Below are positions 13,566 to 14,486 of a stretch of DNA of 14,486 nucleotides, one piece after another (the stretch's first letter is position 1; each line of letters begins with the position of its first letter). Source of the DNA: Thermoanaerobaculia bacterium (GTDB taxonomy: Bacteria; Acidobacteriota; Thermoanaerobaculia; Multivoradales; UBA5704); assembly GCA_044226625.1 (NCBI GenBank), contig JBGAGQ010000105.1, positions 1 to 14,486 of the forward strand. Direction: 5' to 3'. The translations under genes were made by a program, and so were the position numbers. The notes under the pieces are model-generated. The model searched no databases. It was not told where the DNA came from and was given only the letters and a program-made list of their open reading frames with translations.

Positions 13566-14486
13566 ACTGGAAGTAGCCCACGACGTCGAGCACCAGATGC
13601 GCCGAGCCGGACGGCAGGCCGGCGAAGACGTCGAAGGCGCCCTGGCCCGACAGCGAGACGATCGCGTTGTTCGTGCGCACCTGGCTCGGCGCGAAGTTGA
13701 TCGCCGAGATGCCGGCGATCGAGGCGCCGGAGGGACCGATGCTCACGCTCCCGGCGGAGGTCGGGCCGACCACGGTCAGGTTCACCGCGATCGCCTGGGC
13801 GCCGATCGGCACGCCGCACTGGTCGAACGCGTTGAAGGCACGGGTGGCGTTCGCGGCGAGGGCCGGGCCGCCGTACGGGCCCGCGGCGTTCCGGGTGTCG
13901 ATCAAGCGGCACGGCGGCACGTTGAAATAGTTGAGCGCCGCCGGCCCGGTCGCGTTGAAGCTCGCGGTGTAGGTGGTGGGGGAGGCGGGGGTGGAGATGG
14001 CGTGCGACTGCGCACCCGCGTCCGACCAACTGGCGAACGCGTAGGCCGTGCCGCCGGAGTTCTGCGGCGACGGGGCGTTCACGTTGAGCGTCCACGCCTG
14101 CCAGGCGTTGATCGTCGTCGGGCCGAGGAGCGTAGTGCCGTTCACCGTCGTCGTGAGCCCCGGCGGGCTGGTCGCGAAAGTGGTCGCGACGCGGTTCGGC
14201 TGGAAGTCCAGATGCGCCGAGCCGGTCAAGCCACCCGGGTCGGTGGCGACGAGGTCGATCTCGACGAAGCTCGTGTCGAGCGCGGGGACGTCCTCCGGCG
14301 CCGGGGCGACGAACTGGACGTTATTGCCCGTGGCGGGACCGAACAACGGATGGGTGTGCTCGTTGTGGTGGAGGCGTACGGTCCAGGTGAGGGCGCTGCC
14401 GGGGAGCGTGCCGCTCTCGGCATCGGTGCCCAGGCCGTTCAAGGTGATCGTCTGGCCGACGAAGAAGCGGTCGGACGACGTGGGCG
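13564..14486 (-). CDS. 3' part of a secreted protein (PKD/Ig-like region as in PQQ-dependent sugar dehydrogenase-like proteins) with C-terminal PCRLIDTR beta-sandwich domain
   Basis: The frame stays open to the window edge (..PTSSDRFFVGQTITLNGLGTDAESGTLP..LTWTVRLHHNEHTHP). It continues with YAFASWSDAGAQSH and ends in a domain running from PPCRLIDTR through AIAVNLTVV and NNAIVSL to HLVLDVVGYFQ. The catalytic domain, if any, is outside the window. Confidence 0.82.
   Translation of the reverse strand, partial: PTSSDRFFVGQTITLNGLGTDAESGTLPGSALTWTVRLHHNEHTHPLFGPATGNNVQFVAPAPEDVPALDTSFVEIDLVATDPGGLTGSAHLDFQPNRVATTFATSPPGLTTTVNGTTLLGPTTINAWQAWTLNVNAPSPQNSGGTAYAFASWSDAGAQSHAISTPASPTTYTASFNATGPAALNYFNVPPCRLIDTRNAAGPYGGPALAANATRAFNAFDQCGVPIGAQAIAVNLTVVGPTSAGSVSIGPSGASIAGISAINFAPSQVRTNNAIVSLSGQGAFDVFAGLPSGSAHLVLDVVGYFQ

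Noticed and set aside
7140-13700. 2186-aa plus-strand ORF
   Set aside because: It is the codon-aligned antisense shadow of the two large minus-strand genes. It is Arg/Gly/Ala-rich with no motifs, as expected in high-GC DNA.
1-14486. CRISPR arrays, tRNA/rRNA genes, integrases or transposases
   Set aside because: No regularly spaced direct repeats, RNA gene signatures or recombinase motifs were seen by eye. The intergenic gaps are short, about 150 nt at most.

Overview
High-GC bacterial DNA. The gene content and the PCRLIDTR-type C-terminal domain suggest Acidobacteriota/Thermoanaerobaculia or a similar lineage (inference). Left to right: the 5' end of a CPA1 Na+/H+ antiporter and a GNAT acetyltransferase (both minus); a polytopic GT-C-like membrane protein divergent from a nucleotide-sugar dehydrogenase / SDR epimerase / DPM1-like GT2 operon; a three-gene minus-strand secreted module; a DUF4262 gene; a MITE-like inverted repeat and a terminator; and the 3' end of a secreted PKD-type protein. 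The three-gene module (12830->6058) is the best candidate for an undescribed system. It encodes (i) a 1263-aa scaffold with QW/prenyltransferase-like repeats, Cys-rich repeats, a vWA-like domain that has lost its MIDAS and carries HEALH, a MopE-type motif, Ig-like domains and an LWPPNH domain; (ii) an 838-aa transglutaminase-fold protein lacking the catalytic Cys and ending in a hydrophobic tail; and (iii) a separately secreted 129-aa Cys-rich protein, not called on its own in the ORF track, that resembles an Ntox16 toxin domain without its catalytic residues. No immunity gene follows it. All family calls come from motif recognition, not database searches.
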